Source of the DNA: Thermomicrobiales bacterium | GTDB lineage: Bacteria > Chloroflexota > Chloroflexia > Thermomicrobiales > UBA6265 | DNA length: 64,000 nucleotides | Direction of reading: 5' to 3' | NCBI GenBank assembly: GCA_034431475.1 | Contig: DAOUDE010000108.1 | Coordinates: forward strand, 48,882 to 112,881 | Part shown: piece by piece, positions 1 through 9,004 of the stretch | Layout: every line of letters begins with the position of its first letter | Position numbering within the stretch: the stretch's first letter is position 1 | Notes under the pieces: generated by a model | Told to the model about the DNA's origin: nothing | Database searches by the model: none | Seen by the model: the letters and a program-made list of their open reading frames with translations, nothing else | Translations under genes and position numbers: made by a program

Positions 1-2
1 GG

Positions 3-42
3 GAAAACGCGCAGGGGGCAGGCGAGCCTGCCCCCTGCGCGT
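3..42 (-). terminator. Intrinsic terminator after the solute-binding protein gene
   Basis: Near-perfect GC-rich inverted repeat (acgcgcagggggcaggc / gcctgccccctgcgcgt). On the minus strand it lies just past the stop at 47 and is followed by TTTTCCC. Confidence 0.6.
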
Positions 43-46
43 CTGG

Positions 47-1369
47 CTAGGATGCGGGCGTTGCTTCTGCCGCTGGCATGCCTTCGTCCCAGGCTGCCTG
101 CAGATCCGCAGCCTGCTGCTCGGCGGTCTTGTCACCGGCCAGGACGGCCTGGAAGCCGCTCTGCATCATGTCGTTGAACGCCGGGGGCGCCATGACATCG
201 ATGTTGTAGCCGAACTGCGCTCCGCTACTGCCTGCTTCCTGGAGCACCGTCACGATCTGCGCCGTGACAGGATCGATCTCGATCGTGCTGGCATCGAATG
301 CAACCGGGACGAAGTACTTGGCTTCACCCAGCCACTTCGCGACCGAATCCTGGTTGAACAGGAAATCCACGAACGCAGCGGCTTCGTCCGGGTGCTGGGA
401 CCCGGCGTTGATGTAGAACGCCGATCCAACGCCGGAGATCCAGGTTGGCTCATTGCCTTCCTTGATCAGCGGAAACGTGGTGAACTGCACATCCTGGTCC
501 GACATATTGGTGGCAATTTCGCTGGCCAACCAGGAGCCACTGGTGTTCAGCAGGGCCTGCCCGGTGTAGAAGAGCGCGTTACCATCGTCGTACTGGATCG
601 CGTTCACGTCGTCCGGGAAGCAGCCAGCGTCCTGCATGGTCACGAAGAAGGCCGTGATCGCCTCGGTAATCTCCGGCGTGTCCCAGCGGCCCTTATTGTT
701 CAGCAGGAGATCGCGCATCGCCGCCGGGCCAATGTTCTGGTTGGCCGTCATGGAGAACTGGTGGAACGCGGACCAGCCAGGGTTGTTCGAGAAAGCAACG
801 GGGATGTAGCCCTTTTCCTTGGCGGCGGCGCAGAAGGTCACCATCTCATCGAGCGTGGTCGGCGCGGTCAGCCCCTCCTGATCGAGCAGGGTCTTGTTGG
901 CGTACATACCAATCAGGTCGGTCTGCAATGGCATGCCGTAGAGGACGCCATCAATGCTGGTCGCCTCCAGCGCCGGCGGCGAAACGCGCTCATCCCAGCC
1001 GTACTTGGCTGCGTAGTCCGTCAGCGGCAGCAGGAACCCGGCCTCCGCCAGCACGCCCGCGTAGCCTGGGCCGGCATCGTAGAAGATCACGTCCGGGCCG
1101 GAGCCAGAAGAGATCGCGGTGTTCACCGTATCTCGCATCTGCTCGGTCTGGAACGCCTCCCGCACGATCTTGACATTCGGATTGGCCTCCTGGAAGGCCG
1201 CATAGATAGCATCAGCCACCGCGGATTCTTCCGGGACCGTGAATTGATCCCAGACGCGCAACTCCACTTGCTCCTGTGCCCGCGCCTGGCCCAGCAGTGG
1301 GCCAACCATGAGGCTACAGAGCAGGGCGATGGCTGCGACCATCATTCCCACGGGGCGAATTCGTTGCAT
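47..1369 (-). CDS. ABC transporter substrate-binding protein (family 1, carbohydrate type)
   Basis: 440-aa ORF with an N-terminal signal peptide (MMVAAIALLCSLMVGPLLGQARAQ). Sequence has the character of extracellular solute-binding family 1. The overlapping antisense ORFs are R/G-rich junk. Confidence 0.85.
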   Translation of the reverse strand: MQRIRPVGMMVAAIALLCSLMVGPLLGQARAQEQVELRVWDQFTVPEESAVADAIYAAFQEANPNVKIVREAFQTEQMRDTVNTAISSGSGPDVIFYDAGPGYAGVLAEAGFLLPLTDYAAKYGWDERVSPPALEATSIDGVLYGMPLQTDLIGMYANKTLLDQEGLTAPTTLDEMVTFCAAAKEKGYIPVAFSNNPGWSAFHQFSMTANQNIGPAAMRDLLLNNKGRWDTPEITEAITAFFVTMQDAGCFPDDVNAIQYDDGNALFYTGQALLNTSGSWLASEIATNMSDQDVQFTTFPLIKEGNEPTWISGVGSAFYINAGSQHPDEAAAFVDFLFNQDSVAKWLGEAKYFVPVAFDASTIEIDPVTAQIVTVLQEAGSSGAQFGYNIDVMAPPAFNDMMQSGFQAVLAGDKTAEQQAADLQAAWDEGMPAAEATPAS

Positions 1370-1464
1370 CGCTGCACCCTCCCGTCGTCAACACGACCGG
1401 CTACGCTGCCTTGCGGCCTCCTGGCGCCTGCGCGTCCGAGCGCCGACCCCAGCGGCATCCTATC

Positions 1465-2316
1465 ATGGGGGAACTGAGCCTGGAGATCGAACGGACACGT
1501 TGCACGACTGAAGGGGAGCACGCGACGGTGCAGGTATCGATTCGCGAGGGCATGACACGCGGCGAGACGCTTGCCGAAAAGCTGGCCTGGCTGGAGAGCG
1601 TCGGCCTCGATGCCGTCGAACTCCACACTACCTCACTCACCCTGCCGCCAGCAGAACTGATCGCGGCGTTCGCCGCGTCGCCCATCTCGGTCTCCGCCAT
1701 CGAGGGCATCCCGCGCTTGCTCGATGCCGACCCGGCCCAGCGCGAGGCGGCCAAGAGCACGATCCGGGAACGGCTGGACCTGGCCGCGAAGCTGGGCGCT
1801 ATCGGCGTCCTCGTCGTTCCGCAGTTCGGGCGCGTGCCGGCGCTGCCCGACCTCACGCCCTTTGCCACCGGCGCCCAGTTGGAGCGCAATCTCCTGCTGG
1901 CGCAACTGCGAGAACTGGCCCCAGCCGCCGGGGCCGCCGGGGTATCGCTCTTCCTGGAGCCGCTCAACCGCTATGAGGCCTACATCGTCAACCGCCTGGA
2001 GCAGGGCAGCGCCATCTCTGAGGAGGTCGGCCCGCAGATCGGCGTCATGGCGGACTTCTTCCACATGGGTATCGAGGAAGCCGATATCCCCGCCGCCATT
2101 CGCGCCAACGCCGATCACCTGGTCTACGTCCATGTCGCCGATAGCAACCGCCTGCAGCCTGGGCGCGGCCACCTCGATTTCCGGCCCGGCTTCCGCGCCC
2201 TCAAGGAAATCGGCTACGACGGCCCGCTCGCCATCGAGTGCCGCATCGACGGCTCCTACGACGTCGCCATCCGCGACACCGTCGACCTGATCCGCGAGGA
2301 GTGGGCGAAGGCGTAG
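1465..2316 (+). CDS. Sugar phosphate isomerase/epimerase (xylose-isomerase-like TIM barrel)
   Basis: ORF 1411..2316; the ATG at 1465 (MGELSLEIER) is preferred. Family-typical segments LFLEPLNRYE and VHVADSNRLQPGRGHLDF. Confidence 0.8.
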   Translation: MGELSLEIERTRCTTEGEHATVQVSIREGMTRGETLAEKLAWLESVGLDAVELHTTSLTLPPAELIAAFAASPISVSAIEGIPRLLDADPAQREAAKSTIRERLDLAAKLGAIGVLVVPQFGRVPALPDLTPFATGAQLERNLLLAQLRELAPAAGAAGVSLFLEPLNRYEAYIVNRLEQGSAISEEVGPQIGVMADFFHMGIEEADIPAAIRANADHLVYVHVADSNRLQPGRGHLDFRPGFRALKEIGYDGPLAIECRIDGSYDVAIRDTVDLIREEWAKA

Positions 2317-2325
2317 GCCCCAAAC

Positions 2326-2383
2326 GACCCTCACCCCCAACCCCTCGCCCTGTGCGCAGGGAGAGGAGCTGGGGTGAGGGTCG
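2326..2383. repeat. REP family B palindrome (likely bidirectional terminator between convergent genes)
   Basis: gaccctcacccccaacccctcgccctgtgcgcagggagaggagctggggtgagggtc is an almost perfect 58-bp hairpin. It lies between the stops at 2316 (+) and 2387 (-). The same family recurs at 25930, 33597, 34890-35045 and 45638-45792. Confidence 0.65.
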
Positions 2384-2386
2384 TCC

Positions 2387-3682
2387 CTACCGCACCAGCG
2401 GCGCTTCCGGTAGCAGTGGCGTCGCGGCACTCGGCGCCGTGCGGCCAATGCCCATCGAGAGCACCGCCGCCACCAGGCAGAGGGCGCCCGCAGACACGAA
2501 GGCGAGGAAATAGTCCCCGGTGAACGTGCGGATCACGCCGGCGCCGGTCGCCGCGATGGCCGCTCCCACCTGGTGCGAGGCGAAGACCCACCCGTAGATG
2601 AGCGGACCCCGCTCCCGCCCGAACGACGTCGTGGCCAGCGCGACGGTCGGCGGCACGGTCGCCACCCAGTCCAGTCCGTAGAACACGATGAAGGCAATCA
2701 TGCTGAAGCTGCCCGCCGAAAAGGCCAGCGGCAGCAACATCAGCGACAGCCCGCGCATGCCGTAGTAGGCGAAGAGCAGCTTGCGGCTGTCGAAGCGGTC
2801 GGTCAGCCAGCCGGAAAAGGTGGTGCCGACGATATCGAAGATGCCAACCATGGCCAGCAGACCAGCGGCGGTCATTTCGGTCATCCCGTGATCCACGCCC
2901 GCCGGGATGAGGTGCGTGCCAATCAACCCGTTCGTGCTCAGGCCGCAGATCAGGAACGGGATCGCGAGCAGCCAGAAATCGCGCTGGGTGACGGCGAACT
3001 GCAGCCCCTCGAAGGCGTTGGCGATCGGGTTGCCCTTTGGCGGCGCTGGCGGAGGATCATCCTTCGTTGCGCCATACGCCATCTGCCCCACATCGGAGGG
3101 CCAGTCCCGCATGAAGATGAGCACCAGCGGCAGCACGGCCAACGCCGCGATCGCCGTCGTGATGGAAACGAAGCGCCAGTTGAAGCTGGTGGCCAGCCAC
3201 GCCAGCAGCGGCAGGAAGACGAGTTGCCCGGTGGCCCCGGCGGCGGTCAGCACGCCGACCACCAGGCTGCGCTGCGACACAAACCAGCGGTTGGCCACGG
3301 TAGCCGCCAGCACGGTGGCCATGCACCCGGCGCCCAGGCCCACCACCACGCCCCACAGCAGGATCAGTTGCCACGGCTCACGAATCTGCGTGGTGAGCAG
3401 CGCCCCGGTGGAGATGGTGAGGAGTGCGCCCGCGATTACCTTGCGCAAGCCGTAGCGAATCATGAGCGCGGCGGCGAACGGCCCCACAAACCCGAAGAGG
3501 AGCAGGTTCACCGAGACCGCAATCCCGACGGTGGCGCGGCTCCAGCCAAACTCGTTCTCCAGGGGAATGAAGAGCACCCCGGGCGTGCTGCGGAACCCGG
3601 CTGCGGCCAGCAGCGTGATGAAGCTGACCGCTGCCACCACCCATGCGTAGCTGAAATCCGCGTTCCGGCTGAACCTGCTCAT
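2387..3682 (-). CDS. MFS transporter
   Basis: ORF 2387..3724; the ATG at 3682 (MSRFSRNADFSYAWVVAAV) is preferred. Hydrophobic multi-TM profile throughout, with the G/A/L-rich helices typical of MFS. Confidence 0.85.
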   Translation of the reverse strand: MSRFSRNADFSYAWVVAAVSFITLLAAAGFRSTPGVLFIPLENEFGWSRATVGIAVSVNLLLFGFVGPFAAALMIRYGLRKVIAGALLTISTGALLTTQIREPWQLILLWGVVVGLGAGCMATVLAATVANRWFVSQRSLVVGVLTAAGATGQLVFLPLLAWLATSFNWRFVSITTAIAALAVLPLVLIFMRDWPSDVGQMAYGATKDDPPPAPPKGNPIANAFEGLQFAVTQRDFWLLAIPFLICGLSTNGLIGTHLIPAGVDHGMTEMTAAGLLAMVGIFDIVGTTFSGWLTDRFDSRKLLFAYYGMRGLSLMLLPLAFSAGSFSMIAFIVFYGLDWVATVPPTVALATTSFGRERGPLIYGWVFASHQVGAAIAATGAGVIRTFTGDYFLAFVSAGALCLVAAVLSMGIGRTAPSAATPLLPEAPLVR

Positions 3683-3766
3683 GCTTGCCTTCGCATTTCT
3701 TCCCTGATCCCGACGGTCACCCAAGCAACGTTAGCGGTCGATTGCTGTGAGATGGATAGCCAATCC

Positions 3767-5050
3767 TCAGGCGGCCTCGGGCCAGCGGGCCAGCACCACC
3801 GAGGCGTTCACCCCGCCAAACCCGAACCCGTTGACCAGCGCGTACCGCAGGGTGGCGGCCCGCGCGGTTGGGCCCACCAGATCCAGCCCGGTCTCGGGGT
3901 GGGGGTGCGCCAGGTTCAGGGTGGGCGGGATCACGCCGTCCCGCAGCGCCAGCGTGGTCACCACGGCCGCCACCGCTCCTGCGGCCCCGCACAGGTGCCC
4001 GATGGCCGATTTCGTGGCCGAGATCGCCGGCCCGGCCCGCTCCCCGAAAACCGCGCACATCGCCGCCAATTCGCTGGCATCACCCAGCGGCGTTGAGGTG
4101 GCGTGCGCGTTGAGGTAATCGATCTGTCCCGGCACCAGCCCGGCCTGCGCCAGGGCCAGCCGCATACTGCGCTCCGCGCCCGCGCCGTCCGGCGGGGCGG
4201 CCGTGACGTGGTAGGCATCGGCGGACGTCCCGTATCCCAGCACCTCGCCCAGGATCCGCGCGCCCCGTGCCCGCGCGTGCTCCAGTCCCTCCAGCACGAC
4301 CATGCCCGCGCCCTCGCCCATCACGAAGCCATCGCGATCGCGGTCAAAGGGGCGCGACGCCGCCGTGGGCGTATCGTTGAAACCCGTCGAGAGCGCCCGC
4401 GCCGCGGCAAACGCGCCCAGCCCGACCCGGGTGATGGTGGCCTCCGCGCCACCCGCCACCGCGATGTCGGCCTCCCCAGCCCGGATCAACCGCGCGGCAT
4501 CCCCAATCGCCTGCAGGCTGGCGGCGCAGGCGGTCGCGGGCGCGCCCAGCGGACCCTGCAAGCCATGCCGCAGCGACACCTGGCCCGCCGCGAGGTTGAT
4601 CAGCGCGGAGGGCACCGTGAATGGGGAGAGCCGGCGCACCCCTTCCGCCGCCGTAATCGCGCCCGCCTCCACGATGGCGGGCAATCCCCCGAACGCGGAG
4701 GCAATCAATGTCGCGCTGCGCTGCCGCGCGTGGTCCGTCTCGGGCCGCCACCCCGCCTGCGTCAGCGCCTGGTCGGCGGCCGCCACGGCGAATTGGATGA
4801 AGCGGTCCATCTTGCGCCGCTCCCGGGCTGGCCCGGCACTCTCAGGATCGAAGCCTGCCTCAGGATCCTCCGCCATGTCCGGAACGACTCCGCCGACTTT
4901 CGAGGGCACATCGCACACAATGGCGTCTGGCAACCGGCGAATCCCGGAAAGCCCAACCTGGAGCCGCCGCCAGACCACCTCGACCTGGCTGCCCAGCGGG
5001 GTCACCAGCCCCATGCCCGTGATCACGACCCGTTGCGCATCAGGACGCAT
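3767..5050 (-). CDS. fabF: Beta-ketoacyl-ACP synthase II-type condensing enzyme
   Basis: VVITGMGLVTPLG; active-site Cys in TACAAS; His motifs AHATSTPLGD and GHLCGAAG; C-terminal FGFGGVNASVVL. The start at 5050 overlaps the marR stop by 11 nt. Confidence 0.85.
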   Translation of the reverse strand: MRPDAQRVVITGMGLVTPLGSQVEVVWRRLQVGLSGIRRLPDAIVCDVPSKVGGVVPDMAEDPEAGFDPESAGPARERRKMDRFIQFAVAAADQALTQAGWRPETDHARQRSATLIASAFGGLPAIVEAGAITAAEGVRRLSPFTVPSALINLAAGQVSLRHGLQGPLGAPATACAASLQAIGDAARLIRAGEADIAVAGGAEATITRVGLGAFAAARALSTGFNDTPTAASRPFDRDRDGFVMGEGAGMVVLEGLEHARARGARILGEVLGYGTSADAYHVTAAPPDGAGAERSMRLALAQAGLVPGQIDYLNAHATSTPLGDASELAAMCAVFGERAGPAISATKSAIGHLCGAAGAVAAVVTTLALRDGVIPPTLNLAHPHPETGLDLVGPTARAATLRYALVNGFGFGGVNASVVLARWPEAA

Positions 5051-5528
5051 CCGCCAACTCCCTCTCATGACGTCGCAGGTCAACAACCAGGTCCTGGAGT
5101 TCGCTCAGCAGCCGCTCGATGCGCTCCGCGCCAGCCGCCTCGCGCACCTGGGCCTGCACCGCGCGCCAGAGTGGCCGCGCCCGCTCCAGCGCTCCGGCGC
5201 CAGCACTGGTGAGCTCGACATAGCGCGTGCGGCGATCTCGCCCCGGCGTAACCCGCAGCAGGCCCTCGCGTTGCAATGGCTTGAGGTTGCGAGAAAGCGT
5301 TGCGGGGGACATCAGTTGCGCCTCGGCCAGCGCGCTGTGCAGCACCGGCTCACCGGCCCGCGCCAGCGTCGAGAGCAACGCATACTGCGTCGTCAACAAT
5401 CCGCTCGGCTGCAACGCCTGGTCGTAGAGCCGGTTCAGCGCGCGATCCGCCTTCCGCACCGTCGTGCATACACACGCCGAGGCGGGGGGAGCAAAAGATG
5501 AGTCCACGAATGTCCTGTCCAAACCCAA
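5040..5528 (-). CDS. MarR family transcriptional regulator
   Basis: 162 aa with a winged-HTH core (TTQYALLSTLARAGEPVLHSALAEAQLMSPATLSRNLKPLQREGLL...D.R.R). It is the first gene of the marR-KAS-MFS string. Confidence 0.85.
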   Translation of the reverse strand: MGLDRTFVDSSFAPPASACVCTTVRKADRALNRLYDQALQPSGLLTTQYALLSTLARAGEPVLHSALAEAQLMSPATLSRNLKPLQREGLLRVTPGRDRRTRYVELTSAGAGALERARPLWRAVQAQVREAAGAERIERLLSELQDLVVDLRRHERELADAS

Positions 5529-5789
5529 TTTCCCGATAAAGATGCATATGCAACGATCAGCGCGGGAGTGTAGTGTGTGGTGACGCCACGTGCCAGCGCG
5601 CGGCGGCCGGGAGTCAAACGACGCTGCCGTGAGTCTCCAGCAGAATCAAACCCGCCTCGCATTGCACCGGTTATCCCCACCGCTACGTTTAGACCGAGGG
5701 AACTCTGGCGGCATCATCCCCCTTCGCGTGTCGCCCTGGGCAAAATCACAGGACCTCATCGCCCATCCACCAGGTTCCAGGTGTCGTCC

Positions 5790-6300
5790 ACCCTACCGTG
5801 TCACCTTACCCCTGCCCCTGTCGTTCTGCGCTCGCCTACCCCGGTCACCCTGAACCCGCCTACCGCTGTCATCCTGAACCCGCAAGTGAAGGATCTCGTC
5901 CCCCTCTCGGAGGCAGCTCGTTTTCTTCTCGCCGCCCGCCCTCCAGCTGTCATCCCGAGCGGAGTCGAGGGACCTCAGCCTCGCCTACCGCCGCGTTTCG
6001 CTGCCAGCACCCGGAGCGTGGGCGGTCACCTCGCACCAGCGCGGCCGGCGAGGTCGAGATCCTTCGACACGCATCAGGTAAGACACCTGAGGGCGGGCGG
6101 TGGCAGCGCAACCGGGTGGGATCATCGAGGTGACCCCTGAGGATGGGCGGTGGCAGCGTGACGGAGTTGGGGGCGATGGCAGCGCAACCGGGCAAGGCCG
6201 ATGGCCTGCTCCGCGCGGCTGGGCCGAGATCCTGCGCCTGCAGTCTCAGGATGACCGGGGAAGGCGGGCGCGCACCCGACACCGTGGCAGCACGCGCAGA
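5790..6300. repeat. Cluster of REP-like elements (family A, gtcatcctgagc...gaaggatctc, both orientations, plus ggtggcagcgcaaccggg repeats)
   Basis: Copies at about 5868-5905 and 5947-5985, with inverted copies at about 6050-6090 and 6222-6260. Three ggcggtggcagcg(c/t) units at 6098, 6147 and 6175. ORFs here are P/R/S-rich low-complexity artefacts. Confidence 0.7.
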
Positions 6301-6343
6301 CTGACCTTCGGGATCGCAGGGGCAGTGGTAACGCTCGCCAACC

Positions 6344-7486
6344 TCAGTCGAACCGAATCCCCAGCTTGATCGACTCCGCCGGCCGCTCATCGATCGCCCG
6401 GTACGCCTCCGCCGCCTCCGCGAACGGCACAACCGGCGCGATGATTCCCTCGGTCTTGATCCGCCCCTCCGCCAGCCAGCGCAGCGCCAGGTCCACCAGC
6501 CGCTGCAGGTCCCAGACCGGCGCATCCCGGCCCGGCAGCGACTCGGCGCGCACCGAGATCAGGTTCAGCCGGTTGATGTGAAACTCATCGCCCAGGTACA
6601 GCCCGGCCGCATCCCGCCCGTAGAAGGAAACCATCACGATCGTGCCGCCAAAGCGCGTGCTGCGGATCGCTTGCTGCAGCGCCGGCACGCTGCCGGAGGT
6701 CTCCACCGCTACATCCACACCCAGGTTGCCCGTTTGCGTTGGGCGCTCCAGGTACCCGCCGGTAATGCGCGTTTGCTCGCGGGGCGTCGCCTCCGGCTCC
6801 GGGCCAGTCAACCGCCGGATCGCCAGCCCCACATCGCCGTTGTCCATCGTGGGATCGAGCACCACGTCCGCGCCCATCGCCAGCGCCAGGTCGCGCCGGT
6901 TCGCCAGCGGGTCCACCGCCACCACCCAGTCCGCGCCCGCCAGCTTCGCGAGTTGCACCGTAATCAGGCCAATCGCGCCCAACCCGAAGACCGCGACCCG
7001 GTCCCCCAGCTTGATCCCGCCGTCGCGCACCGCCAGCGCCATCACTACAGGATCGAGGCAGAGCGCGGCCTCGGCGGAGACCCCCTCCGGCAGCAGGTCC
7101 GCCGCGGCCTCCTCCACCGTCTGCGTCTCCCGGATCGGAAAGTGCCCGAACACCCGGTCACCCACCCGGAAGCGCGTCACCTCCGGCCCGGCCTCCGTCA
7201 CCACTCCCACGGCCATATTGCCAAGCCTGCGTGGGAACCCGGCCAGTGCCGTTTCCGGTGGCTGCTGCATTGTCGCGCCCAGCGCGAAGTCATACGGCTT
7301 GCTGGCCACCGGGTCATTCCGGTAACCCACCAGCTCTGTTCCGTGCTTCGGCGACGCCAGTTCGGTCTTGATCCGGATCTGCGACGGCTGCAACGGCGCT
7401 TCGTCGTACTCGCGCAGCTCTGGGGTGCGCGGGGCGGACGCGATCAACTCGCGGGGCATGGGCTGGGATCCTCTCTGAACACTCAC
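6344..7486 (-). CDS. Medium-chain (zinc-type) alcohol dehydrogenase family protein
   Basis: 380 aa with a Rossmann GxGxxG segment (VAVFGLGAIGLITVQLAKLAGA) and MDR-like N- and C-terminal regions. An alternative start is at 7459 (MPRELIA). Confidence 0.8.
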   Translation of the reverse strand: MSVQRGSQPMPRELIASAPRTPELREYDEAPLQPSQIRIKTELASPKHGTELVGYRNDPVASKPYDFALGATMQQPPETALAGFPRRLGNMAVGVVTEAGPEVTRFRVGDRVFGHFPIRETQTVEEAAADLLPEGVSAEAALCLDPVVMALAVRDGGIKLGDRVAVFGLGAIGLITVQLAKLAGADWVVAVDPLANRRDLALAMGADVVLDPTMDNGDVGLAIRRLTGPEPEATPREQTRITGGYLERPTQTGNLGVDVAVETSGSVPALQQAIRSTRFGGTIVMVSFYGRDAAGLYLGDEFHINRLNLISVRAESLPGRDAPVWDLQRLVDLALRWLAEGRIKTEGIIAPVVPFAEAAEAYRAIDERPAESIKLGIRFD

Positions 7487-7648
7487 GCGATCAACCGGGG
7501 GAGTGTATCAACCGCGGCCAGCCAGCGCGGTGACTGGCTCCCTGAAACCCGTAGAACGTACGGATTGCAGCCGCCCGCAAGGGTGATATCGTGCCAGGAA
7601 TACGTTGGCTTCGCCACATGAGCAAGCCAGTCCGGAGGACCGCGCCGC

Positions 7649-8950
7649 ATGGACGACAACGATGCTGCCTCCCGTGATCCGCTCACCGCACTCTCCGCGT
7701 TTCCCCTGCTCGATGCCCTTTTCGGACGGCGTTCCCGCCGCTTCGGGCTGGGAATGTCGATTCCCGATGGCCCGCTCGCCTACACCTCAGCCCATGCACC
7801 GCTACCGCTGAGCGACCTGGAGCGCACCCTGCTTGTCCTCTGCGGCGCGGGCGTCAGCGGCTGGCACACCGGGATGGAGCACACCACGAGCGGCGACCCT
7901 GATCGCGGCTGCAATTACGCCATGCGCTACACCGGCCGCATGACGCCCACTCTCGCTGGCGTTGGCTCGCCAGAACTGATCGTCAGCGACGATTCCGGCA
8001 CGTTCATGACCCGGTTCCGGGATCTCGATGCCGAGCGGATGCGACAGATCCAGGGCAGCCAGAACCTGCATCGCTTTCTCGGCGCGGTTATGGCGCACAC
8101 CGTCCCACTCTCAGCCGCGCGTGTGGATATCCCTGCATCCGCCCCATATGTGAGCCCGCACAATATCTGGAACGCCAACCGCCCCGGCGCCACGCTCTTC
8201 ATTCCGGTCGTAGATCTCACGCAGAACCTGCTTGAACTCATCACCATCTATCTCGGAGCTGGCGCGTTGCCGTACGACACGGTGCGGGAGCGCCCCTGCG
8301 GCGATTTTGCGCCATACATCGAGGCCGGGCTCGTGGACCCTGCCAAACGCATGCCTATCTTCGATGCGGAACAGTATGTCCTGAGCGCCGGGGCAGCAGA
8401 AACAGCGGTGATGTGCCACAACCTCGTCCTCACCATGCAGGCGATGGGATTGGGCGGCTGGATGTTCACCGGCATCAACCCGCCCAGCCTCCTCGGAGCG
8501 CACGCGGAGCAGGGCATCCCGGGCCTCGGCTTTCGGTTCGTCCGCGATCCACGCTGGACCCAGCCAAATCCCGTTGGGCTGGATGGCGTCTACGAGGCGT
8601 ACTGCCCGCCGTATTGCACGGATATGCGCGAGGCGGCGCAGCGCTTTGCGGCGCGCAAGTTTGGCCCCGGCGGCGCCTATGATCCCGCGACACCCGGGCC
8701 CTATCGCGACAACGCCGGCGTGAAAGCCGCGGTCGAGCGCTACAGCCCCGAGCTCGTGGCCATGTTGGGCGAGACCGCCCAATACCTCTACGACACCTAC
8801 GGGAAGTTCCCCGCCACCGTCCCCAGCATCTACGTGCGCATCTACGCCCAGGCCCAACATGTCGATCTGGACTACTACGACCACTTCCTGGGCCCGGACG
8901 CCCTCCTGGACACCCATCGCGAACACATGGCGAGATGGCACGCGAGCTAG
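7649..8950 (+). CDS. Divergent nitroreductase-fold protein (function unknown)
   Basis: 433 aa. The N-terminal FGRRSRRF and the late AVMCHNLVLTMQAMGLGGWMFTG resemble the two signature segments of the nitroreductase superfamily. They are separated by a long insertion. Confidence 0.55.
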   Translation: MDDNDAASRDPLTALSAFPLLDALFGRRSRRFGLGMSIPDGPLAYTSAHAPLPLSDLERTLLVLCGAGVSGWHTGMEHTTSGDPDRGCNYAMRYTGRMTPTLAGVGSPELIVSDDSGTFMTRFRDLDAERMRQIQGSQNLHRFLGAVMAHTVPLSAARVDIPASAPYVSPHNIWNANRPGATLFIPVVDLTQNLLELITIYLGAGALPYDTVRERPCGDFAPYIEAGLVDPAKRMPIFDAEQYVLSAGAAETAVMCHNLVLTMQAMGLGGWMFTGINPPSLLGAHAEQGIPGLGFRFVRDPRWTQPNPVGLDGVYEAYCPPYCTDMREAAQRFAARKFGPGGAYDPATPGPYRDNAGVKAAVERYSPELVAMLGETAQYLYDTYGKFPATVPSIYVRIYAQAQHVDLDYYDHFLGPDALLDTHREHMARWHAS

Positions 8951-9004
8951 CGCGGCAGGCGAACGGCCCGACAATACCGAAGATCGCGACGCTGCCGGCG
9001 TTGC

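Noticed and set aside
5577-6525. Several 87-191-aa ORFs between marR and the dehydrogenase gene
   Set aside because: The region is made of REP-A and related repeats in both orientations. The translations are P/R/S-rich repeat products (the HPEP..., SRGTSA... type).
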